From positions 1 through 51,607 of the forward strand of contig CAJWJQ010000001.1 of NCBI GenBank assembly GCA_913041905.1: a DNA stretch of 51,607 nucleotides, in the 5' to 3' direction. The position numbers were made by a program, and so were the translations under genes. A model generated the notes under the pieces. It was not told the DNA's origin, did no database searches, and saw nothing but the letters and a program-made list of their open reading frames with translations. Shown here in pieces: positions 38,487-47,411 of the stretch. Every line of letters begins with the position of its first letter. The first letter of the stretch is position 1. Source of the stretch: an uncultured Gammaproteobacteria bacterium (lineage in GTDB: Bacteria > Pseudomonadota > Gammaproteobacteria > GCA-002705445 > GCA-002716945).

Positions 38487-40274
38487 TTATTTTTTGGGCA
38501 TCATGAATTCATAAAAAGCTTCTTTTGGTATATCAACATTACCAATTTTTTTCATCTTTCTTTTGCCTTCTTTTTGTTTTTCAATCAATTTCATTTTTCT
38601 AGTAGCATCCCCTCCATACAATTTTGCGGTAACATCCTTTCTATAGCCTCGTACAGACGTTGATGCCAATACTTTAGAACCTATGCAGGCTTGTATGGAA
38701 ATCTCAAACATTTGCCTAGGTATTAGATTTTTTAAATTATCAATTAATTGCCTAGCTTTTCTATACGAATCATCTTTATGCATTATTTGTGAGAGAGCAT
38801 CTACTTTTTTCTTATTAACATGAATATCTAATCTTATCATATTACTTTCTTTATAATCGATAATTGTATAGTCATAAGACGCATATCCTTTTGTTAATGA
38901 TTTTAATTTATCGAAAAAATCATAAATTATCTCAGATAAAGGGATCTCAAATATAATCTCAACAGAGTTTGTTCGATATTGTAAATTTTTTTGTTTTCCT
39001 CTTTTATTGATACATAATTCAATAATAGATCCTAAATAATCAGATGGTGTAATTATCTTGATTTCAGCAATAGGTTCCAAAAAATTTTTTATTTGGGTTT
39101 GCTCAGGTAAATCTTTTGGACTTTTAATTTCTAAAAGTTTATTGTTTTTTGTCTCAATTTTATAAGTAACAGATGGTATTGTCATCAAAAAATCTAAATT
39201 GTATTCTCTAAGTAACCTTTCTCTAATAATTTCCATATGTAATAATCCTAAAAAGCCACACCTAAAACCATGTCCTAGCGACAATGAATTTTCTGATTCA
39301 TAGGTAAATGAATTATCATTAAGAGATAATTTATCTAATGCTTTTTTTGAATCTTGATAATTCTTTGAGTCTATGGGATAAAATCCTGAAAAAACTCTTG
39401 GTTGAATTTTTTCAAAACCAGGTAATGCCAATGGTTGTTCTGCTTTATAATCAACTATTGTATCGCCAACTGGTGCTGCATTTAAATTTTTTATAGAAGC
39501 AATTATAAAACCTACATCTCCTACGTCTAACTTATCTAGGTAAGTAATTTTTGGAGTAAAAATACCCACCTTATCAATTATAAATTCTTTCTTATTTGAT
39601 AAGATTTTTATTTTTTGTTTAGGCTTAAGGCTGCCGCTAACAATTTTAACTAACACAACAACTCCTAAATAATTATCAAACCAAGAATCTACAATACATG
39701 CTTTTGCATAATCATCTTGTGATAATTTTGGCGGAGGAATTCTATCAATAACAGCAGGCATAATATTATTGACTCCGAATCCTGTTTTAGCGCTGACCTC
39801 TATAATATCTGCTGAATCAATCTGTAGGAAATCTGAAAGATCATTTTTTACTGACTCTATATTTGCTGATGGTAAGTCAATTTTATTTATTATTGGTATA
39901 ATATTTAAACCTAAGTTAATGGCTAATGATGCGTGGGCAATACTTTGAGCCTCAATTCCTTGGGTAGCATCAACAACTAATAATACACCTTCGCACGCTG
40001 AAAGTGACCTAGACACTTCATATGAAAAATCAACGTGTCCAGGAGTATCTATAATATTAACTTTATATTCTTTACCATTGTCTTTATAAATTAAAGATAC
40101 GGTTTGTGCTTTTATAGTTATTCCTCTTTCTCTCTCAAGAGCCATAGAGTCAAGCATTTGTTCTTGCATCTCTCTAGAATTAATGATTCCATAGTTTTCG
40201 ATTAATCTATCAGCAAGAGTGGATTTTCCGTGGTCAATATGAGCTATTATTGAGATATTCCGTATGTCTTTCAT
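38487..40274 (-). CDS. lepA: Elongation factor 4 (LepA)
   Basis: IRNISIIAHIDHGKSTLADRL and DTPGHVDF. 595 aa. LepA-specific C-terminal domain. Upstream of lepB. Confidence 0.97.
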   Translation of the reverse strand: MKDIRNISIIAHIDHGKSTLADRLIENYGIINSREMQEQMLDSMALERERGITIKAQTVSLIYKDNGKEYKVNIIDTPGHVDFSYEVSRSLSACEGVLLVVDATQGIEAQSIAHASLAINLGLNIIPIINKIDLPSANIESVKNDLSDFLQIDSADIIEVSAKTGFGVNNIMPAVIDRIPPPKLSQDDYAKACIVDSWFDNYLGVVVLVKIVSGSLKPKQKIKILSNKKEFIIDKVGIFTPKITYLDKLDVGDVGFIIASIKNLNAAPVGDTIVDYKAEQPLALPGFEKIQPRVFSGFYPIDSKNYQDSKKALDKLSLNDNSFTYESENSLSLGHGFRCGFLGLLHMEIIRERLLREYNLDFLMTIPSVTYKIETKNNKLLEIKSPKDLPEQTQIKNFLEPIAEIKIITPSDYLGSIIELCINKRGKQKNLQYRTNSVEIIFEIPLSEIIYDFFDKLKSLTKGYASYDYTIIDYKESNMIRLDIHVNKKKVDALSQIMHKDDSYRKARQLIDNLKNLIPRQMFEISIQACIGSKVLASTSVRGYRKDVTAKLYGGDATRKMKLIEKQKEGKRKMKKIGNVDIPKEAFYEFMMPKK

Positions 40275-40310
40275 CTATCTATATGATAGCGAAGCATACT
40301 CAAACATCAA

Positions 40311-41714
40311 TCATTTAGAAATTTTTATTGCTAAAAATAACGGGGTATTATCACGATAAACTAATAGATTCGCTAAAGTATTTTTTGACAAACCATTTAT
40401 TTCTTTTTCAAAATCCTTAGTATTATAAATTGGGTTATTATTTATATGCGTTATTATGTCGTTTACTTTAATTTTTGAGTTATTTAATTGATCAGCAGAA
40501 ATTTTATCTACTTTAACGCCCCCATAGATATTTAGATTTTTTTTCATACTTTCATTAATATCACTTACGGTTAGACCTGATACAGTGGTTTTATCTATCG
40601 TCTTCTCTTTCATGCCCGCAATCATATCATCATCGGGAAGTTCTTCTATTCTAATAAATTTTGTTATAACCTTCTTGTCACGTAATAACTCTATTTTTAC
40701 TGTTGCGTTCACATTTGTTGAGCCAACCATTAATGGTAAATCTTTAGATTTTCTTATTTCTTTATTATCAAACTTAAGTATTATATCTCCTTGTTTCAGT
40801 CCTGCTTTTTCAGCTGGGCTGTTTTCTAAAATTCTTGCAACTACTGCTCCTTTTGCTTTATCCAAACCAAAGCTTTCTGCTAAATCCTTGTCAACTTGTT
40901 GTATAAAAACTCCAAGCCATCCTCTTTTAACTTTTCCATCATCTTTTAATTGTTTATAAACATTGCTAAGTGTTTCTGATGGGATTGCAAAAGAAACACC
41001 CATAAACCCACCAGACCTTGTATATATTTGAGCGTTTACACCAACTACTTCTCCTTGTAAATTAAACAATGGACCACCAGAATTTCCTGGGTTTATTGCA
41101 ACATCGGTTTGAATATAAGGGACATAACTTTCATTTGGTAAGTTTCTTTTTTTCCCACTAACTATACCAGCGGTAACTGTATGATCAAATCCAAATGGTG
41201 ATCCAATAGCTAAAACCCATTCTCCGAGTTTAAGGCTATTGGAATCTCCAATAGAAACAATAGGAAGGTTCTTTGCTTCAACTTTTAAAAGCGCTAAATC
41301 ACTTCTTTCATCTTGTCCAATTAATTTGGCATCTAAAACTGTATCATCACTTAATCTTATTGTTATTTCATCTGCATTAGATACTACATGGTTATTTGTC
41401 ATAATGTAGCCGTCTGTAGATAGTATGAATCCTGAGCCAAAACTTGGGGTTGTTCTAGATTGATTGCCTGGCGGCGGTTTCCCATTAAAGAATTTGTCAA
41501 GAAAAGGTTTAAACTCATCAGGAACATTGGGAACGTTTAATCTAGGATTATTATTTTGGTCAATATTTTTTTTTGCATTTACAATTACAACTGATGGAAT
41601 GTTCTTTTCAACAACTTCTGTAAAATTAGGTAAAGAGTCAGCAGAGAAAATTTTAGTTGGGGTTAAAATTAAAGATATTAATACTATTGCTAAAGGTTTA
41701 AAGAGTTTTTTCAT
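40311..41714 (-). CDS. Periplasmic HtrA-family serine endoprotease (DegP/DegQ/MucD-like), two PDZ domains
   Basis: Signal peptide, His (TNNHV), Asp (DLALLK) and Ser (GNSGGPL) catalytic motifs, and two PDZ regions. Sits after the rpoE operon, as mucD does in Pseudomonas. Confidence 0.92.
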   Translation of the reverse strand: MKKLFKPLAIVLISLILTPTKIFSADSLPNFTEVVEKNIPSVVIVNAKKNIDQNNNPRLNVPNVPDEFKPFLDKFFNGKPPPGNQSRTTPSFGSGFILSTDGYIMTNNHVVSNADEITIRLSDDTVLDAKLIGQDERSDLALLKVEAKNLPIVSIGDSNSLKLGEWVLAIGSPFGFDHTVTAGIVSGKKRNLPNESYVPYIQTDVAINPGNSGGPLFNLQGEVVGVNAQIYTRSGGFMGVSFAIPSETLSNVYKQLKDDGKVKRGWLGVFIQQVDKDLAESFGLDKAKGAVVARILENSPAEKAGLKQGDIILKFDNKEIRKSKDLPLMVGSTNVNATVKIELLRDKKVITKFIRIEELPDDDMIAGMKEKTIDKTTVSGLTVSDINESMKKNLNIYGGVKVDKISADQLNNSKIKVNDIITHINNNPIYNTKDFEKEINGLSKNTLANLLVYRDNTPLFLAIKISK

Positions 41715-42082
41715 TATTTACATTTTATAATTTCTTTATCTTTTAATACCTTTTTATTATCATTTAAATCATTGCATTCAATTTTATTAATCACGTTCTT
41801 AGAAGGTGCTGATAAATCATTCGTAATCGTAGATTTAGTATATCGGACTTGGTTAGTGGTAAAATTTCCTAATACAAATAGAGTAATAGTCGCAAAAACA
41901 AAAACGCTTGCCATCCGTAACCCATATGTCCAAAAATTATTATTATAGATAGAATTATAAGTAGAATATATTTCTACCATTACTTTATCTGAAAAGTTTT
42001 TAGATATTTTTTTAGGATATTCTTTCTTTAACACAGCTTTCACTATTGCTAAATATTCTATTTCTTTCAAATTCTTATTCAT
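41714..42082 (-). CDS. Single-pass membrane protein in the RseA/MucA position (putative minimal anti-sigma-E factor)
   Basis: 122 aa. Overlaps rpoE by 8 nt and degP by 1 nt. Central TM helix (MASVFVFATITLFVLGNF). FSDKVMVEI weakly resembles the RseA/MucA xxRVMxxI motif. The assignment rests mainly on position. Confidence 0.5.
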   Translation of the reverse strand: MNKNLKEIEYLAIVKAVLKKEYPKKISKNFSDKVMVEIYSTYNSIYNNNFWTYGLRMASVFVFATITLFVLGNFTTNQVRYTKSTITNDLSAPSKNVINKIECNDLNDNKKVLKDKEIIKCK

Positions 42083-42638
42083 AACTATTTTTTATAATTT
42101 TAATCAAAATTTCTCTAGCCCTATGCAATCTTGATCTAACTGTTCCTATAGGAATACCTATTTTATTTGATATTTCATCATAACTCAAATCATCAATTTC
42201 CCTAAGTTTCACAATCAATTTTAACTCCTCTGGTAGTCCTTCAAAGGTCTTTTCTATTACTTCTGACAGTTCCGACAAATTATAATATTCATCTGGTCTA
42301 TCCCCAACTCCTCTCCTCTCATCAATTAGACAAGTATTTTCAGAAATAGTTTCCTTTTCTTTTACTTTTTCTTTTGAATTTATGTAATTTAATGAGCAAT
42401 TTATTGATATTCTGTGGAGCCAAGAATAGAATTTACTATCAAATCTGAAGCTTTCTAGAGACCTATATGCTTTTAAAAAGGCCTCTTGAGCCACTTCCTC
42501 AGCATCAGAGTAATTTTTTGTATATCTGAAGCACAGATTAATAACACGTATTTGATATTTTTTAACTATTATCTCATATTTGGCCGTATCACCATCTACA
42601 ATGCTTTCTATAATTTCTCTGTCATCATCAATTATCAA
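42075..42638 (-). CDS. rpoE: ECF RNA polymerase sigma factor sigma-E
   Basis: 187 aa. Region 2 (YQIRVINLCFRYTKNYSDAEEVAQEAFLKAYRSL) and region 4 (DLSYDEISNKIGIPIGTVRSRLHRAR) are both present. There is no in-frame ATG near the N-terminus, so the start appears to be TTG. Divergent from nadB, as in E. coli. Confidence 0.92.
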   Translation of the reverse strand: MIIDDDREIIESIVDGDTAKYEIIVKKYQIRVINLCFRYTKNYSDAEEVAQEAFLKAYRSLESFRFDSKFYSWLHRISINCSLNYINSKEKVKEKETISENTCLIDERRGVGDRPDEYYNLSELSEVIEKTFEGLPEELKLIVKLREIDDLSYDEISNKIGIPIGTVRSRLHRAREILIKIIKNSYE

Positions 42639-42689
42639 TATAAAATACCCGTTTTTACAAATTTACGATTAGATGATACTTTATTATAT

Positions 42690-44312
42690 ATGAGCAAACT
42701 TAAAAACACAGATATTTTAATAGTTGGATCAGGTCTTTCTGGGTTAAGTTTGGCGCTGATGCTTCCTGGTAGTTTAAAAATTACAATAATTACAAAAAGT
42801 AAGTTAAATGAATGCTCCACAGCTTGGGCTCAAGGTGGAATAGCGTCAGTTCTCTCTAAGAGTGATAGTTTAATTAAACATGAGAACGATACTTTAAAAA
42901 ATGGTCATCATTTAAATAACCTAGATGTAGTTAAAGAAATAATAAAAGAGGGTCCTGACTGCATTAAGTGGCTTACTGATAACGAAGTACAATTTACTAA
43001 AAAAAGGAATGAAATAAACTTAACCCTAGAGGGAGGTCATAGTGAAAGGAGAATAGCTCACATAAATGATGAAACAGGAAATATATTACATAAAGATTTA
43101 AGTAAATTAGTTAAATCAAAAAATAATATAAAAATTATAGAGGATGCTCAAATAATAGATTTGATATATGGTGAAATAAAATTTAAGAAGGTATGTCTTG
43201 GAGCATATATTTTCCAAAGAAATACAAATACTGTTCATACAATTAACTGTTCAAATCTTATTCTAGCAACGGGGGGTGCTAGTAAAATATATCAATTTAC
43301 TACAAACCCTAATACCTCAACTGGCGATGGTATAGCTGCAGCATGGAGAGCAGGATGTACTATATCTAACATGGAATTTATACAATTTCATCCTACATGC
43401 CTGTATCATCCATCAATAAAATCTTTCTTAATTTCAGAATCTATGAGAGGTGAAGGAGCAAAATTATTAACACCAAACTTAGAACAGTTTATGTCTAATT
43501 ACGATTCAAGAAAAGAATTGGCTCCTAGAGATATAGTGGCAAGAGCCATTGATAATGAAATGAAAACATATGGTTACAACCATGTTTTCTTAGATATTAG
43601 TCATAAGTCATCTAAATATATTAAAAAAAGATTTCCCACCATATACAACAAATGTTTAAGTGTGGGAATTGATATTACACAACAACCTATACCAGTGATT
43701 CCAGCATCTCATTATACTTGCGGAGGAGTTAAAACAAATATTTCAGGTGAAACAGAAATATCTAATTTGTATGTAATAGGTGAGGCATCTTGTACAGGTT
43801 TTCATGGAGCAAATAGACTTGCAAGTAACTCATTATTAGAGTGTATAGTTATGGCTAAAAAATGTTCTACATCAATTCAGAACAACTTCTTTTTAAATAA
43901 TGAAAACTTATTTACTGACCTACCCCAATGGGATGATAGTTATGTTACCGAATCAAAAGAAAATTTCATTGTAGGTCATAACTGGGATGAACTTAGAAAA
44001 ATTATGTGGAATTATGTTGGCATTGTTAGAAGTGAAAAAAATCTTCATATAGCTTTAGAAAAAATAAATTTAATTGAAAATGAAGTAACTGAATATTATC
44101 AAAAATATATAATAAGCTCTGATTTATTAGAATTGAGAAACATAATACATATATCTAAGCTTATTATACAGTCAGCTTTACTAAGAAAAGAAAGCAGAGG
44201 TCTTCACTATTCTAAAGATTACCCTAAAATGAATGATAAATTTTTGAATGATACAAATATTCTAGGCAGAAAAAATGAATATCATTTAAAATTAGTTAAG
44301 TTTAAAGTTTAA
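42690..44312 (+). CDS. nadB: L-aspartate oxidase
   Basis: Start reassigned to the ATG at 42690 ([25 protein letters not shown] dinucleotide fold), giving 540 aa, the same as E. coli NadB. Also carries the [14 protein letters not shown] and HYTCGG motifs. Confidence 0.93.
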   Translation: MSKLKNTDILIVGSGLSGLSLALMLPGSLKITIITKSKLNECSTAWAQGGIASVLSKSDSLIKHENDTLKNGHHLNNLDVVKEIIKEGPDCIKWLTDNEVQFTKKRNEINLTLEGGHSERRIAHINDETGNILHKDLSKLVKSKNNIKIIEDAQIIDLIYGEIKFKKVCLGAYIFQRNTNTVHTINCSNLILATGGASKIYQFTTNPNTSTGDGIAAAWRAGCTISNMEFIQFHPTCLYHPSIKSFLISESMRGEGAKLLTPNLEQFMSNYDSRKELAPRDIVARAIDNEMKTYGYNHVFLDISHKSSKYIKKRFPTIYNKCLSVGIDITQQPIPVIPASHYTCGGVKTNISGETEISNLYVIGEASCTGFHGANRLASNSLLECIVMAKKCSTSIQNNFFLNNENLFTDLPQWDDSYVTESKENFIVGHNWDELRKIMWNYVGIVRSEKNLHIALEKINLIENEVTEYYQKYIISSDLLELRNIIHISKLIIQSALLRKESRGLHYSKDYPKMNDKFLNDTNILGRKNEYHLKLVKFKV

Positions 44313-44868
44313 AAATAGTTTTTCTATAGTATCTTAACTCTTCTATAGATTCTCTGATATCCCCTAAGGCACGATGTGAAGATTTCTTTTGAAAATTATC
44401 TGTATCTTCAAAAAACCATCTTTTACCTAATTCTCTAATAGATGAAACGTCAATATTTCTATAGTGGCAAAATTCTTCTAAATCAGGCATACATCTTGCT
44501 AAAAAACGACGATCTTGACATATGGTATTACCACATAATGGAGAGCTGGACTTAAATATAAATTGTTCCAAAAATTTAATAGTAGATTTTTCAGCCTGTG
44601 ACTCATTTATAGTACTCTCTTTAACTTTATCTGTTAAACCGCTCCTACTATGTTGCTTAGTATTCCAATCATCCATGTTATTAAGAACTTCATCTGGTTG
44701 GTGTATGACGTGGTTAGGACCTTCGGCAAGAATGTTTAAATTTTTATCGGTAACTATACTGGCAATTTCAATAATATAATCATTTTTAGTATCTAGACCT
44801 GTCATTTCTAAGTCTATCCATATTAAGTTACTTTTCTCTTTCATTGTCTTAGAGTAATATAAATGCAT
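44302..44868 (-). CDS. orn: Oligoribonuclease
   Basis: [13 protein letters not shown] DEDDh exonuclease motif plus the H..L.D motif near the C-terminus. The more likely start is the internal ATG at 44844 ([13 protein letters not shown]), which matches the length of the E. coli N-terminus. Confidence 0.93.
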   Translation of the reverse strand: MHLYYSKTMKEKSNLIWIDLEMTGLDTKNDYIIEIASIVTDKNLNILAEGPNHVIHQPDEVLNNMDDWNTKQHSRSGLTDKVKESTINESQAEKSTIKFLEQFIFKSSSPLCGNTICQDRRFLARCMPDLEEFCHYRNIDVSSIRELGKRWFFEDTDNFQKKSSHRALGDIRESIEELRYYRKTIFKL

Positions 44869-44893
44869 ATGAATGTAAATTTTACGAGGTTAT

Positions 44894-46117
44894 ATGAGTT
44901 TTATTCTTTTTTTGGTAATTATTTATAGCATATGCAAACTGACATTAGATATATATCAAATGAAATTTATCTCATCAGCTCATGTGTCAGATGGTGAAAT
45001 GAATAAATTGGGTATAGACAAAGAGTTTGTAGATAGATCAAATTGCTACAATATTGAGAAACTAAAGATATCAATGGTGTCCACAGTTATTGGCATATCA
45101 GTGATATGCTTTATTATTTTCTTAAGTGGTTTAGATGTGCTTAATTATTACTCATCAACAATTACAAATAATATATTTGATAAAGAGTTGCTCGTGATAA
45201 TTATTTTTTACCTTACGATTACATTGGTTAATCTTCCAATCAATTGCTATAAAACTTTTGTGCTTGAAGAGAGATTTGGTTTTAACAAGACTTCAAAAAA
45301 GCTATTCATTAGAGATTATATGGTTTCAACAATATTAAGCTTGCTCATCATCATATTATTGTTTAAATCATTTGAATACCTTTATCATATGTCTGCTGAT
45401 TTCTGGTGGTTCTATGTATGGCTATTATTTATTTTTGTAAATCTTTTGACCGCATATATTTTTCCAACCCTCATAGCGCCAATATTTAATAAATTTAAAA
45501 AACTTGATGACGATAAACTTACATACTCTATTAATGAACTCACAGCTAAAACAGAATTCCCAATTGAAGATTTGTATATTATGGATGGATCCAAAAGATC
45601 CTCTCACTCTAATGCATACTTCACAGGCTTATTTGGAAAAAAAAGGATTGTATTTTTTGATACGCTTCTTGATATTTTAGACAAAAATGAAATCAGGTCT
45701 GTGCTAGCTCATGAAATTGGACATTATAAAGAAAAACATATTTTAAAATCAACATTACTATTTAGTTTACTAAGCTTAATTTTTTTATTTGTTTTTTATA
45801 CTTTTCTCTCAGTTGCATTCACTAATAATATAAGTTTATACTCAACATCAACCTCATCTATTGCAATAATGTTTATACTCATATCACCTATGATATCCTT
45901 CTTTTTAATGCCTCTTTTATCTTCTTATTCACGTAAAAATGAATTTGAAGCAGATAATTATGCTAAAGTTTTTACAGATAGAAAAGATTTGGTATCATCT
46001 TTGCTTAAGCTTTACAGAGGTAATTTATCTTTAATAAAATCAAGTAAACTATATTCAATATTTTATTACAGTCACCCAAGTGTTTTTGACAGAATAAATA
46101 ATCTTGAAAAAAAATGA
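44894..46117 (+). CDS. M48-family (Ste24/HtpX-like) integral-membrane zinc metalloprotease
   Basis: 407 aa, multiple TM helices, HEIGHYKEKH zinc motif and downstream NEFEADNYA. GAGG Shine-Dalgarno 5 nt upstream. Confidence 0.85.
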   Translation: MSFILFLVIIYSICKLTLDIYQMKFISSAHVSDGEMNKLGIDKEFVDRSNCYNIEKLKISMVSTVIGISVICFIIFLSGLDVLNYYSSTITNNIFDKELLVIIIFYLTITLVNLPINCYKTFVLEERFGFNKTSKKLFIRDYMVSTILSLLIIILLFKSFEYLYHMSADFWWFYVWLLFIFVNLLTAYIFPTLIAPIFNKFKKLDDDKLTYSINELTAKTEFPIEDLYIMDGSKRSSHSNAYFTGLFGKKRIVFFDTLLDILDKNEIRSVLAHEIGHYKEKHILKSTLLFSLLSLIFLFVFYTFLSVAFTNNISLYSTSTSSIAIMFILISPMISFFLMPLLSSYSRKNEFEADNYAKVFTDRKDLVSSLLKLYRGNLSLIKSSKLYSIFYYSHPSVFDRINNLEKK

Positions 46118-46461
46118 CAAACCTTAAAGATTTAGAGAAACGAAAATGTGCGCCTTGTGAAGGTGGGATAGAGTCTTTAGAAAAAGATGAGGCAAAAAAG
46201 TTTTTATCGAAACTTAATAAGGATTGGAAAATTGCCGATGATTATAAAAAAATTTACAAAGAGTTTAAAACAAAAAATCATTATGAAATGATATCTATAA
46301 TTAATATGATTGCGTGGATATCTCATACTGAAGACCATCATCCAGAAATTATTTTTCATTATAATACTGCAAAAATTACTTATTATACTTATGCAATTAA
46401 TGGTTTGTCCGAAAATGATTTTATTTGTGCAGCAAAAATTGATTATTTTATTAAAATTTAA
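46114..46461 (+). CDS. Pterin-4-alpha-carbinolamine dehydratase (PCD/DCoH family)
   Basis: 115 aa. Central EDHHPE motif and the overall PCD pattern (W..., F.F.., HHP, LSENDFICAAKID). Overlaps the M48 gene by 4 nt (ATGA). Confidence 0.85.
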   Translation: MTNLKDLEKRKCAPCEGGIESLEKDEAKKFLSKLNKDWKIADDYKKIYKEFKTKNHYEMISIINMIAWISHTEDHHPEIIFHYNTAKITYYTYAINGLSENDFICAAKIDYFIKI

Positions 46462-46466
46462 TAAAA

Positions 46467-47087
46467 TTAAAGTTCTTTCCGCTCATTAAAGGCGTGTGAT
46501 ATTGTGTCACTATCAAGGTACCCTAGCTCACCATTCAATGGTATTCCAAATGCTATTCTTGATACCTTAATATTATGTTTAAATGCAAGCTGTTGAATAT
46601 AATGTGCGGTTGCTTCACCTTCAACAGTTGTGCTAGTAGCTAAAATTAGTTCATTAATATTATTTTCTTTCAATCTTTTTTCTAAACGTATGATTCCTAT
46701 TTCACCAGGACCTCTGCCATCAAGTGGTGACAAATTACCTGTTAAAGAAAAGTAATCTCCATTATAATCAGTGCTGTTTTCTATTATGTAGATATCTGCA
46801 GGAGATTCTGTTACACAAATTTTACTCTCATCTCTTCCTGCTCCAATGCATAAATGTTTGTCAGAATTTTTTTGTAAAATAGCATCTTCGCTATCCAAGT
46901 ATATGCCGCAAACATTACAAGACGAAACATCTGTGGTTATTTTGGATAATTTATTAGATAAATTAATAGTTTTGTCTTTACTCATTCTTAATAAAATATA
47001 AGCCATTCTCTGTGCAGATTTTTTTCCAACGCCAGGTAATATAGTGAGAGCTTCTATTAAGTCATTTAAATATTTAGACTCTTTCAT
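46467..47087 (-). CDS. recR: Recombination protein RecR
   Basis: LPGVGKKSAQRMA helix-hairpin-helix, C4-type zinc finger region (CNVCG...), and a Toprim domain. Lies in the dnaX-ybaB-recR order. Confidence 0.93.
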   Translation of the reverse strand: MKESKYLNDLIEALTILPGVGKKSAQRMAYILLRMSKDKTINLSNKLSKITTDVSSCNVCGIYLDSEDAILQKNSDKHLCIGAGRDESKICVTESPADIYIIENSTDYNGDYFSLTGNLSPLDGRGPGEIGIIRLEKRLKENNINELILATSTTVEGEATAHYIQQLAFKHNIKVSRIAFGIPLNGELGYLDSDTISHAFNERKEL

Positions 47088-47089
47088 AG

Positions 47090-47398
47090 TTAAAAAGGAA
47101 GTTTAAGATCGCCATGCATCATTCCTCCCATTTTTGTTTTAATTTCTTTATCTACCTTGTTGTGAGCATCATTTAATGCACCCAATAAACCTTTTTCTAA
47201 AACATTCATATCTATACTTGTATTTTGCAAAGAATCATTAATGTTTATACTATGCACATGATGGTTTCCTTTAACTATTACGCTAACTAAACCATCTTTA
47301 GAAGCTCCTGTGCATTCTATTTTATCAATTTCCTGCTGTATCTTTTTCATGTTTCCATACATGTCTTTTGCTTGTTTCATTTTGTCAATAAATCCCAT
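47090..47398 (-). CDS. ybaB: Nucleoid-associated protein YbaB/EbfC
   Basis: 102 aa. MKQAKDMYGNMKKIQQEI and GALNDAHNKV family pattern. Lies between dnaX and recR. Confidence 0.9.
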   Translation of the reverse strand: MGFIDKMKQAKDMYGNMKKIQQEIDKIECTGASKDGLVSVIVKGNHHVHSININDSLQNTSIDMNVLEKGLLGALNDAHNKVDKEIKTKMGGMMHGDLKLPF

Positions 47399-47411
47399 CT
47401 ATCTCTCCATT

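Noticed and set aside
42486-42689. 5' extension of the nadB ORF (68 extra codons overlapping rpoE)
   Set aside because: The extension is antisense to the conserved rpoE N-terminus and has junk-like composition. The ATG at 42690 gives the FAD-binding N-terminus and the E. coli-like length of 540 aa.
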